A stretch of DNA of 62,974 nucleotides, counting the filler, from Globobulimina sp. (taxonomy: Eukaryota): the NCBI GenBank assembly GCA_003354225.1. It is 26 parts of 26 records of this genome, joined end to end, with 100 filler letters (N's around TTAATTAATTAA, not from the genome) between each part and the next. Parts side by side here need not be neighbours in the genome. Positions count along the whole stretch, not along the records: positions 24,273 to 26,598 come from PIVH01007366.1; positions 26,699 to 29,024 come from PIVH01007367.1; positions 29,125 to 31,450 come from PIVH01007368.1; positions 31,551 to 33,876 come from PIVH01007369.1; positions 33,977 to 36,302 come from PIVH01007370.1; 21 more parts are not named here. One strand, written 5' to 3'. Under the pieces are notes generated by a model. It had not been told where the DNA came from. It saw only the letters and a program-made list of their open reading frames with translations, and did no database searches. This document shows, one piece after another, positions 24,273-36,402 of the stretch (position 1 is its first letter; each line of letters begins with the position of its first letter). The translations under genes and the position numbers were made by a program.

Positions 24273-26379
24273 GAAATTTGATTGGAGTACAAAAGATGAA
24301 CAAGATTTGTTGAATTACTGCCCTGATTATAGGAAAATAAAACCATACAAAAATGATATTGATACCACCGCAAAACAATCCCCTTTTATGTTTAATAAAT
24401 ATTCCAATAAAAATTGTGATATCAAACATTGTCAAAGTTCAACAAATATGTATGCCATATTGGAAAGATATCAATTATTTATATCTGCTCAACACGAAGA
24501 ATGTAAATCTGATGTGACATTTGATATGTTCTTTGGTGATGACTTCGACACAGTCAGTGTATTGAATAATTTTCATCATTTATTATTGGATCATAAGTTG
24601 CAATTTGAGGATATTTATGATATGTTGATGCAAATAACTGCTGATAATATTTGTTCATTACATAATTGTAGTATGTTAACCAGACACTACACTGATAGAT
24701 CAGCGGCAAATGGTAGCAATGAAATGTTAGTATCAGTTGAGGAGAGTGTTTTAGATGCAATTCATTGTTATTATTTTCATTCATTTGACATTGGATATAA
24801 ATTCACAAGAACGACGCAGCAAAAATTGTGGAATGAACATGTGCAAGAAAGTAAACAGTGTGATCAGTATACATATAACAATGTGGATGCTAATATTCAT
24901 AAATTCATTGCAGTCAATCGAAGGTCACGTAAACGCGTACAAGGATTAGGAAGAATTGAAAATACAAAAAATAACAAATTCACGACGCATACGGATGCAG
25001 GGCACAGTATTTATGATCATGGAATACGATTTTTTTATTGGGAGTATTATAAAGATCGAGATGAAATAAATGATACTGTATTGTTACAATATGATTTTAT
25101 TGGAGGAGATGGCTATCGGCCAGCACGCGGTGATGAAATTGAGGCAAATATCGGGTATAAGGTCATGGATTGGTACATTCCAAAAAAATATAATGATTTA
25201 AAGGATGAGTTCTTAAACAATAAAGTTTGTAGACTAAGTTTGAGTGTGTGGCAGCATGATACTGTCAAAGCAACACGCCATTTACAAACAGAATATGCAA
25301 AAGCGATTCGTGGCAGAACCATTCAACAATATGGAATACAATCGCAAACTCTCAGCCTATCTCATATTATTGCTATAATGTCGCATTGTAATCATGAAGT
25401 ATGTATACTATATTTTATTTATGAATTTATTTTGCATGACATTAATGAACTGTACATAGACTTTACAAGCAAGTTTTTCTGAAACATTCCGTAGAAGAGT
25501 TAATGAGAAGGATTTAGATTTGAAACAAAGACACCGCAACTTTGCAAATTTTGCACGATTATTGCGAGAAGTTGTAGAGTGTTATGGACAGCAACATATT
25601 GATGGACCTACTTGTGGCGATCAGAGGCTGTTTCATGGAATATCTGGGAAATCGCAGTTTGAAACAGTGAATCCATATGTTTCAAAGGACCAATTAGTTC
25701 AACAACAGACTATTCCGTTGCTGTTAATTTTTGCGGAGATTCCGGATGTATAATACAATTAAGATTGCATACAACATGGTTATATCAACGAGGTATGTTT
25801 TCAAGCAATAGGGCGACTGCCGCATTTATGGATGTTGTGTGGCTGAGTGCTTACCCAAATGAACAGGAGAGGTTTTTTATTGGTGGATATTCACGGTTTT
25901 ATATTGAATCTATTGTTATGACGCCAGAGCTAGATAATTATTGCGAATATATCACTGCTATGAGAGGCATTTGGCAAAAAATAGGATATTTGGATGCGTT
26001 TTGTCCGCCAGTATTATCAGATATTGCAAGCCATCTTTGTTGGAGAATGTTATCCCATGAATTTAACAGATATTGGCCAAATAATAAGAATTATCGTTCA
26101 TGGCCTTCCATGCCAGATTATATTGACACATTATTTCATAATTTCTGTATCAATTTGAGGGCAGTTGATTTTTTTGCAATGGAAAGAGGTGGTTCTTCAT
26201 ATGAAAAATTGGATAATGTGTTGGATTGTTTGTTTTTGTATGATAATGGAATACCAAAATTAAAAGAAACAATGAAATTATTCCCAGCCGCAACGTATAT
26301 TATTATCAGAACAAATTGTAATGGAAAATCAGAAGAAGCAAAGAATTTGGAAATGATTAATGACGATGAATTTTCATGA
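24273..26379 (+). CDS. ADP-ribosyltransferase-like (ARTC clade) domain protein, partial, one intron and one frameshift
   Basis: Intron 25399-25459. Then RLFHGI, a frameshift near 25676, FKGPISSTTDYSVAVNF...GCIIQL, and WLSAYPNEQERFFIGG. Confidence 0.7.
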
Positions 26380-26385
26380 ATTCAT

Positions 26386-26502
26386 AGATCGACAGATCAT
26401 GATCTCACTATGATCTATGATCTCACTGTGATCTTACTATGATCCATGTGATCCTGTGATCTCACTGTGATCTTAGTATGCTCTGACTGTGATCCTATGA
26501 TC
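26386..26502 (+). repeat. Imperfect short tandem repeat, unit about GATCTCACT(A/G)T
   Basis: About a dozen GATC-anchored 6-11 nt units just after the stop codon at 26379. Confidence 0.85.
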
Positions 26503-27098
26503 TGGGAAGGAAAATAGGTTAATAATAAAATGTTAATGGTTCCCGATGAAACACAACCTTTAAGAATTCAATTTTGACTTTCAATGTTTTTATTTTGANN
26601 NNNNNNNNNNNNNNNNNNNNNNNNNNNNNNNNNNNNNNNNNNTTAATTAATTAANNNNNNNNNNNNNNNNNNNNNNNNNNNNNNNNNNNNNNNNNNNNTT
26701 TTCCTGTTGTCATTGTCCGATCACCATGAACTCGACGACTCCAACCATCCTTTTTATGTAATTTGGCTGATTTCTTGTTGTTTCTTAATCGTATATTTTT
26801 ATGACATTTTTTGGCTGAAAACAAATGATGGTGAGCTTTGTGTCACTATGCGTGTTATGATTGGAAGACTCATTAGGTTTCTCCGATAAGCAGACCACGA
26901 CATGGTTGGTTTTGTTGTTTACAAGACGTTGTGTGAGTATGACACACAAGTCGAACATGTTCGTCAGCGTTATACATTATGCAACAATAAATACGACACA
27001 GTATAACACAATACAAGTTATACAACCAAAACACATGCAGTACACTGGATTAAAAAACTATTTTATATCTATATTAATTTATTTTTATGGTGATTAAG

Positions 27099-28151
27099 CT
27101 ACGCGCTGTTTGTATGATAACTGTCAGCACTCACTGTAGTCACAGTATTCACAGTTAATTGACTGTTACGTTTCCCTGCCACAATTGTTTTTGAATGTTG
27201 CTCTCTCATTTTTGTCTGCTCCCTCTTAATCTGCCTCAGTAATAATGGGCCATAGAGAAAGAGATTGAATACGCCGCCCAGATTCCCAGTAAGTACCACC
27301 CACAGTGTTGTCGCAAATGTACGGGGAATAACATCTGCTTTATACAATCCATATGCTAACCACTGCATAAAATAGGCGATTGGATACAAACCAATTGTTT
27401 TAATAACTTTCTTCATTCTTTTATTAAAATGTCTGGCATCATTTTCGTTTTTTTGCTGCCTCCTTGCTACAGAATATAATTTGTATATTATTGAACTATA
27501 ATTGATTCCTAATATCATCATTGCGATTACAATCCATATGTCCACCATTAAAATATCTGTTGTTGGATTGGAAACACCGCACCACGGCCCTTCCACGCCA
27601 TATACATCAAAGATGAAACCAAATATAAATATAATGGCCGGTATTCCCCAACAAAATGTATGCAAATATATGTCATGTTTACCAAATGATGGCTCTGTCT
27701 TCGATCCATTAAATACTGTTCTATTTAAATATAATGCGACTGCTAAAGACCATGCGGTTTGGCAATTAATACTGAATGGCTTCATACATCCAAATAATTG
27801 GCACAATCCTTTTTCTGAGACATACCTTTAAAATTTGAAAAGTATGAAACAAACAACTTTAATTAATAAAACATACCCTTTCAGAACATTATGTAGATGA
27901 TCACCTCCGTGAAATATTTCAAATGACAAGTCAGAAATTGAAATAAATATTGGCAGTTTGGCACCAAGTGATAAATTGGAAAATTTATGATGATATTTTA
28001 TTCCTGTAATTATTATAAATATACTGGCGAATGATGATAAAATTGATGGTATCAATGCTGTGATATGAATTGCCTTCCATTGTTTTAAACATTTCATGTC
28101 AGATTCATCACATTGCATTGCATCATACCACCATACGCGATCAGTCGCCAT
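27099..28151 (-). CDS. GPCR, cAMP-receptor-like/Git3-like family, one intron
   Basis: Seven TM segments: SILSSFASIFII, IFISISDL, LCQLFG, HTFCWGIP, GPWCGV, LYPIAYFMQW, GGVFNLFLYG. 51-nt intron 27876-27826. Confidence 0.88.
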
Positions 28152-28313
28152 GCTTTAATTATTCAGTTTAACAGAAAACTACAAAGTTTAGCTACTCTTG
28201 CATGAAAATGTAAATATGCTGCAGAAAATTAAACAAAGATTTTAATTAGGTTTGGAACGCTTTCTTTGTGCTATCAAACACAAAAAAACAACAATATATT
28301 CATATTTTTTTTA

Positions 28314-29024
28314 TTACAGTCCAGCAAAACTTATTTGTCTATTAAGTCTTTTTTTAGTGAGAAAATCTTCCATCGCTTGATCCTCGCAATGAAACTCACT
28401 CCGAATGTTAACAGCACAATGACTTTTTATATTTGACGCGCCATTCCCGCCATTATCCCCATTGTCGTCCGGTGTTTCTGGAACAAATTTAACGTTGCCA
28501 TTATCTGTATTATTATCTCCATCTCCACCGCCATTATCAAGCATAAACATATCATCCTCATCTTTATGCCCGTAACCTCCACCAAAACAAAACCGCTGAT
28601 TTGACATTTTTTTAAGTGGTGTGGGTGTTGGTGGTACCACACTGTTTGTTTGCGATGCAGCAACATAGAAATTATTATTAGAATTACCGCAAATCGATGG
28701 GTGAATATACACTTCTTTTGCCATGCAATCTGGCGGCAATTCATTCTCATCCAACTCGCACCAATCTGGATGCATTGCATTGTTTATATTATCATCCACC
28801 GCCATTCTCTCATCATTACCATATGCATCCAGATGGACTCTATGTTTGTCCGCTTTGTGGAGCATGACATCCATTGCAGAACAGGACCGGGTTAGCGGCT
28901 GACTCAATGGCGACGCCTCTTCACTAAAACTCTTGCGTTCTGGTGGAGCATGGCGGTTTTCTGAAGGTCTACTCAAGTCACTCATACTCTGTGTTTTAGA
29001 CAAACCGAAGGAAAATGTCGGCAG
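28314..29024 (-). CDS. Disordered hypothetical protein, 3' part
   Basis: Open frame of more than 229 codons, rich in S/P/D/N/G. Confidence 0.65.
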   Translation of the reverse strand: MPTFSFGLSKTQSMSDLSRPSENRHAPPERKSFSEEASPLSQPLTRSCSAMDVMLHKADKHRVHLDAYGNDERMAVDDNINNAMHPDWCELDENELPPDCMAKEVYIHPSICGNSNNNFYVAASQTNSVVPPTPTPLKKMSNQRFCFGGGYGHKDEDDMFMLDNGGGDGDNNTDNGNVKFVPETPDDNGDNGGNGASNIKSHCAVNIRSEFHCEDQAMEDFLTKKRLNRQISFAGL

Positions 29025-29205
29025 NNNNNNNNNNNNNNNNNNNNNNNNNNNNNNNNNNNNNNNNNNNNTTAATTAATTAANNNNNNNNNNNNNNNNNNNN
29101 NNNNNNNNNNNNNNNNNNNNNNNNCCACACAAAAGATATTTACAAATCCCAACTAAATATGTATAATATAAATATGAATAATTAAAAGAGCAAAGGTAAT
29201 CTTAA

Positions 29206-31450
29206 CTAATTTATCCATCCGGCCAAGGTAAAATAATCTCGCAAGCCTTTATCATACGCTTCAATTATTTCATACACAAAATAACCAATATTCAGTGACC
29301 ACAATATCATTTCTGGTTTTTCCAACGGATCATGCAAATATATCCTGTTTGAAATAAATACAAATATGGCTAATAAGTATAACAAATGTAATGATTTTAT
29401 TGTAGAATTGAAGCCCATTGGAGTTAAATAAAAATGAAATGGAGCGTCCAGTAATAAATTTGTGATCTGTTGGGAAGTACGCGTTTTCCTTAAAATCTCA
29501 ACATTGGGGTCTAACCCCGATGGAGTCTGCCATACATGCTTCAACACCGCATTTATTCTCTCATTATTTAAAAACTGAGCTCTATTTTGTTCCAACGCCA
29601 CCTGTAACAGAGGTACCTTCATTTTGCCACTGTCACTCAATGGAATATCCATTAGCACTGACAATAAGTGATCTGACTCGATTTCGTTAATACTTTTACC
29701 GGCTTCATCTTCATAGTGTTTACTAAACTTATTCCATTGATCATGTCGGGCTAAATCCTGCGCAGCGTTACTCTCCATATATTCCGCTAAAAATAAGCAA
29801 ATATGAACGCTAAAATTCGAGCCTTTAATAATTTTATCACAAACATTCTTTAGTTGCTCTGGGTGGCCATGCCGCAAATCCTCCCTTTCTTTGTTTAGCA
29901 CAAACCGCGCTTTCTCATACGGCAGAAATTCTAATACCACACCCAATGCATTCCATATCGATTTCGATTGTTTTCGCGCTAACAATTTTATTAAAAACAG
30001 CGCGATATCCACGCCAATATATAACAAATCAAATGATTGACAAATTGCTGCTAATTCGAAATCTAAATGTCTGGTAATAAATGGATCTCTCATTCTCGAT
30101 TTATTTGCCTCCATATTAATAATCTGGCTCTCTTGGGCGCGGTGTAAGACCTTTTGTGTTAATACATTCGCCATTGATCGAATTTTTTTATTCTTCGACA
30201 TAAGATTATCTAACTGCAGCCTTTGCGTTTTACAATTATCTAAATGTACTCTTTCAATATAACCATTTAGAAACACAAACGAATCTGACACATAACAGTC
30301 CGGTCGATCGCTTGCGTTCGGTATTCGTATCTCAATAATACTCGGTTTGCACGAATTTAAATATTTGCAAACAGTAAATGATAAAAAGCGTAATCGATGT
30401 TGAATATTTCTCCAATCACTGCACCAAACTTGGAATTCTTGATATCCACGATACTCAAAGTCATCATTAGCATTAATTGCTTCCTCTGCTGCCAACATTT
30501 CCTTTTCTTCTTCACATTCACCATCCTCATTAATCACACCATCACTAAACCCATCACCAACAAATGGATCATCAGTAATACTTTCTTTTTTGACACTTTT
30601 TAGCAATTCCTGGTAATAATATTTCTTTGATTCATTGGTTAATTCATTATTTATCTCATCCTTATTCCAATTATATTTCAGTGATAACTCAATTAACAAT
30701 ATATCATGTTCAATAACCCACCATTTTGGTGTGCGACGAAACGAGTCCTTAAAACTTATATAATATCGGATTTGATCTTCGGAGCTCTTTGGTTTTTGGT
30801 CCTCGCCATCAGCAAAGTGTTCTAATATCGTTTTCATCAAAGAATGCAAAATATTTTGCTGAGCATAGCTTGGTTTTTCTTCCGCGTCCTGTCGTAATTC
30901 CAGTATAGTTTTACGATCCGATTTGGATATTTGTGTTTGTGCTTTGCTGTTAATTTCATTTATTACTTGCTTCCATGCACTCCATTCCTTCTTTTTTATT
31001 GCCTCATCAATTAATCCTTCTTTTTTAATTTTTTCTTTGCCATTGTTCTCATTTTCCTTATCAATTTTTTCTTTTTCCTTAAACAATAACTGCAGCTCAC
31101 TCTTGATGACATTTATATTTCTCAATATATCCCACGGTGATAACAATACAGAAGCTGCGAATTTCCTTAAATGACGGATTTGTTTTTTATTGTTGTCCTT
31201 AGCTTTCTGTTTTATTTTTGGTTTTGAAGTGTCATTCGGCAAAACATCCCGAACCATAAACAAATGACTTAAATTATACTTTGCAATGTATTTTAAATAT
31301 TTTTTCCTGTCACGACGATGAAAGTAGTTCCGATACCACGGCCACATAAAATCAACCACTTCGGTACTGTCTGTCTCTAATACATATTTACGAATACACT
31401 CTGTGAATTGTAGCAAAGTGGCACATCGATTACAATATACATCATATGTT
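29206..31450 (-). CDS. TRP-like cation channel, internal exon (N-terminal cytosolic region through S1-S2)
   Basis: LLQVALEQNRAQFLNNERINAVLKHVW and FYLTPMG (pre-S1-like), then TM helices LLYLLAIFVFI and MILWSLNIGYFVYEI...DYF...WIN. Likely GT donor near 29206. Confidence 0.65.
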
Positions 31451-31550
31451 NNNNNNNNNNNNNNNNNNNNNNNNNNNNNNNNNNNNNNNNNNNNTTAATT
31501 AATTAANNNNNNNNNNNNNNNNNNNNNNNNNNNNNNNNNNNNNNNNNNNN

Positions 31551-31675
31551 TCGGAATTTTAATCGATCGGATTGGTGATGTTTTGGAAGACCAGATGGAG
31601 AAAGCCGCTGAGGAGCTCAGGGCGATGAACGGAGAGGTTGCGACTGTTAAGTGCAATGTTACCAAAGAAGAAGAC
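31551..31675 (+). CDS. Short-chain dehydrogenase (SDR)-like fragment, probably bacterial
   Basis: Reads IGDVLEDQMEKAAEELRAMNGEVATVKCNVTKEEDC, matching the SDR betaB-alphaC-betaC segment. Confidence 0.6.
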
Positions 31676-33876
31676 TGTGGTCATTCGTCGAAATGTTCGC
31701 TTTGATGAATCAGTACACGACGATCGAGAAGGAGAAATGAAGAAAAAACGACAAAAGCGACCGTCAGTGACTGATCATGATGATGGTAGTTTTGTGCAGT
31801 GGACAGTCACAGATGAAAACGAGGAAGAAAATGACAACGAAAATGACAACGAAGATGAGTACTTCAGTGGTGCTGAATCCGAAGATGAAAACGATAATGT
31901 TCCTTTACAGGAACCTTTACAAGAACCAGTGCCAGTTCAGCCAGAGCCAGAACCACAAGCAGAATTGCCATTACGTCGTTCTACAAGAGAGAAAAAAGCA
32001 CCTGATCGTTTTGTTGCAAAAACGGCCATTACAGCAGATGTTCAAGTTTATGAGCCGAATGGCTGGAAAGCAGCCATGAAATCAGAAGATGCTGTGCTGT
32101 GGCGTGAAGCTGCTCAGAAGGAGTTCGACAGTCTACAGAAGCATCATGTTTGGGATTTGGTTGAATTGCCACCTGGCAAGAAATTGATTGGCTGTAGATG
32201 GGTTTTTAAGGCTAAACATGATGAATTTGGCAAAGTCAACAAAAGAAAAGGTCGCTTTGTTGCCCAGGGTTTTACTCAAGAATGGGGCATCGATTATGAT
32301 GAGATTTTCGCCCCAGTGGTGCGCTGGGAATCAGTCCGTGGTCTTCTTGCAATGGCTGTTCAATTTGGTATGAAAATACATCAAGTGGATGTCGAAACAG
32401 CGTTTCTTAATGGTTCAATTGAAGAAGAGATGTATATGAAACAACCAGAGGGTTTTGAAGAGCCTGGAAAAGAGCATCTTGTTTGTCGTCTGCGCCGTAG
32501 CTTGTATGGTCTAAAACAGAGCCCAAGATGTTGGAATGAAGTCCTTCATGAAAGTTTGTTGAAAATGCAGTTCAAACAGTCAACATATGAATCATGCATT
32601 TACACTGGAAAAGTTCTGGGTTGTCTGGTTCTCATTGCAGTATATGTTGATGATATCATCATTGCAGCCATGGATGACAAAGTTATTGCTAAAACGAAGC
32701 AGCTTTTCTCAAAGTACTTCAAAATCTCTGACATGGGCGTTTTGCACTATTTTCTGGGAGTTGGAGTCGTCCAAAGTGAAGGTACTCACTCAGCAGAAAT
32801 ATATTGAAAACATCCTTGAACGTTTCAAGATGCAAAGAGTTAATCCTGTCTCTACTCCAATGGAGACAAATGTGAAACCACGAAAAACAACAGCATCTGA
32901 AGATCTTGTGGATACAAAATATTATCAGTCAGCTATTGGGAGTTTGCTCTATTTGGCTATAGCAACTCGTCCTGATATTAGTTATGCTGTGGCCAAGCTT
33001 GCTCAATTCAGTTCCAAACCTTCAACATTACACTGGCAGATGGTCAAGCGTGTTTTCAAGTATCTGCGTGGAACTACTAGCTTGGGATTACAGTATACTT
33101 CCTCTAAAGACCCTGCATTGATTGGATATTCGGACTCAGATTTTGCTGGTTGTCCTGATGATGGAAAATCAACGTCAGGCTATGTTCTTATCAAAAGTGG
33201 AGCAGCAGTGTCATGGAAAAGCAAGAAACAGACAATCACTGCTCAGTCGACAGCAGAAGCAGAATATGTAGCACTCAATCTAGCATACGCTCACCAGCAA
33301 ACAAAGCATATAAATCCAAAATACCATTACATTCGAGACAAGATTGCTGATCGAACTATTGCACTTGAACATTGCTCAACTGTGCTCAATGTGGCTGACA
33401 TATTCACGAAACCATTGGAACGTGGAATATTCGAGAAGCACAGAAGCAGTTTAGGATTAAAAATGATACCTAACTGAGAAGGAGTGTTGGAATATTATAA
33501 ACATTATAGCAGTTTAGGTATTATGTTTTATTAATCAACTAAATATGTGTTGGTGTCTCAGTCACTTTAAACTAGACTAGACTGAGGCATGCATCTGTTA
33601 AACGCATGGACAGGCTTAGCCTGCATAAGTGTAATAGGTTTTTGCAGCCAGCCCGGAACAGAAAAGAGAGCTGGTTGCACCGTTTTGTTGCGTCGTTTTT
33701 GTGTCCTTAGGTTCGGTCTTTTTGCTACTGTATTTGTTGTGTAGCTGCGACTTTAAGGTCGATTTAGGATGGTTATTATTCCCATGAATAAACGTTGAAT
33801 TTGTTGCCTTTCGATTGTCCAAAAGTCAATGGGTCAAGCCCGAATATTTGCCATTGTTTCTATGATTTGCTGACGG
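31660..33876 (+). mobile_element. Ty1/copia LTR retrotransposon, 3' half, degenerate
   Basis: Integrase tail RNVRFDE. RT: WDLVELP, CRWVFK, GRFVAQGF, QVDVETAFL, LYGLKQSPRCW, YVDD. RNase H: YSDSDFAG, STAEAEY, ADIFTKPL. Frameshift near 32790 and an internal RNase H deletion. Confidence 0.96.
33476..33876 (+). repeat. Polypurine tract and start of the 3' LTR
   Basis: GAGAAGGAG (33476-33484) right at the pol stop, followed by TGTTGG at 33485. The 3' boundary of the LTR is not determined. Confidence 0.8.
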
Positions 33877-33976
33877 NNNNNNNNNNNNNNNNNNNNNNNN
33901 NNNNNNNNNNNNNNNNNNNNTTAATTAATTAANNNNNNNNNNNNNNNNNNNNNNNNNNNNNNNNNNNNNNNNNNNN

Positions 33977-35181
<1,205 letters not shown>

Positions 35182-35400
35182 TCAAAAATATACAATCTGT
35201 GTGAGATAGAAGATAGATAAAAAACAATAATGTAATTTTATTGAAGTAGTTATTGATGTGGCATACTGTATTAATTATGAAAAAGAAGTAGTTTTAAGAG
35301 GAAGATGGAGAAGGAGTTAGTTTGGTTGTTTGTTGGTTAAAGTTTTTTCCAAAACATTTCTTCTCCTCCTCTAATTTTACAAGTGCCAAGTATTAAACAA

Positions 35401-36302
35401 ATGAATAATGTTATTGGTCAACCTGAAAATACAAACGATTTACATTCAAAATGGATTAAATTACCATCAACAACACAAACTACAAGTAATTAATAATGCT
35501 ATTAATATTAATGAAAATGCATTCATTGTAGCATACCGTGATACATCGATGTTTAAATATAATATTTTAACAAATACATTGACTCAATGTCCTCAAATGT
35601 CCCCAGACTTATCATTGCGATTTGGTTTGCGAGTTGCATTTAATAAGTCAAGACAAGAAATGTATTTTTATAATCATTACCGAGCTCAAATTTGGGCTGT
35701 TAATTTCGACACAAATGAATATAAAAAATTCGAATCCTCTGTTCCAACCCATACATATGATACATGTTTTTTATTCATTGATAATTATATTCATATTATA
35801 AACAATCATAATAAACACTGGATTGGCTGTATACAAAATGGCGCAATCCACTGTTTTAGTGATACGTTATCAAATCGTAATAGTGTTTCAGCTTCAAATG
35901 CGTTATCTGCAATTTATGTGCCATCAAAACAATGTATATTAACGATTGGTGGTCATTATGATGATGATACGATACCAAAATCTATATGGAGTTATTCGTT
36001 ATCATCAAAGAAATGGAGCAAAATGGAGAATATTTCATTTGGAGGATTTCTATTTGGTGCGGTTTTAACGTCAAATCAAAGATATATTGTATTACTCGGA
36101 GGTTATAATGATGAGAAACGATTTGATGATGAAATAAATGATATATTTGTATTGGATATGAAAGATGACAATAATTGGAAAATAAAAAGGAGCAATGTTA
36201 CTTGTCCACAAATTGGTGCATGTATTGCATTAAGAACCGGCGGAATTAATTCAAAGAATGAAATATTAGTAACTGGATATATTAAGAGATGTTTTAAAAT
36301 GA
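35401..36302 (+). CDS. Kelch-like beta-propeller protein (possible 5' frameshift, 3' truncated)
   Basis: ILTIGG...IWSYSLSSKKW and YIVLLGG...IFVLD...W. ATG 35401 (MNNVIG...KWIKLPS) is out of frame with the main ORF. Ends with EILVTGYIK. Confidence 0.8.
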
Positions 36303-36402
36303 NNNNNNNNNNNNNNNNNNNNNNNNNNNNNNNNNNNNNNNNNNNNTTAATTAATTAANNNNNNNNNNNNNNNNNNNNNNNNNNNNNNNNNNNNNNNNNN
36401 NN

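Noticed and set aside
19602-28151. Stop-codon reassignment as an explanation for fragmented ORFs
   Set aside because: The breaks are resolved by short GT-AG introns, and TAA, TAG and TGA all end genes normally.
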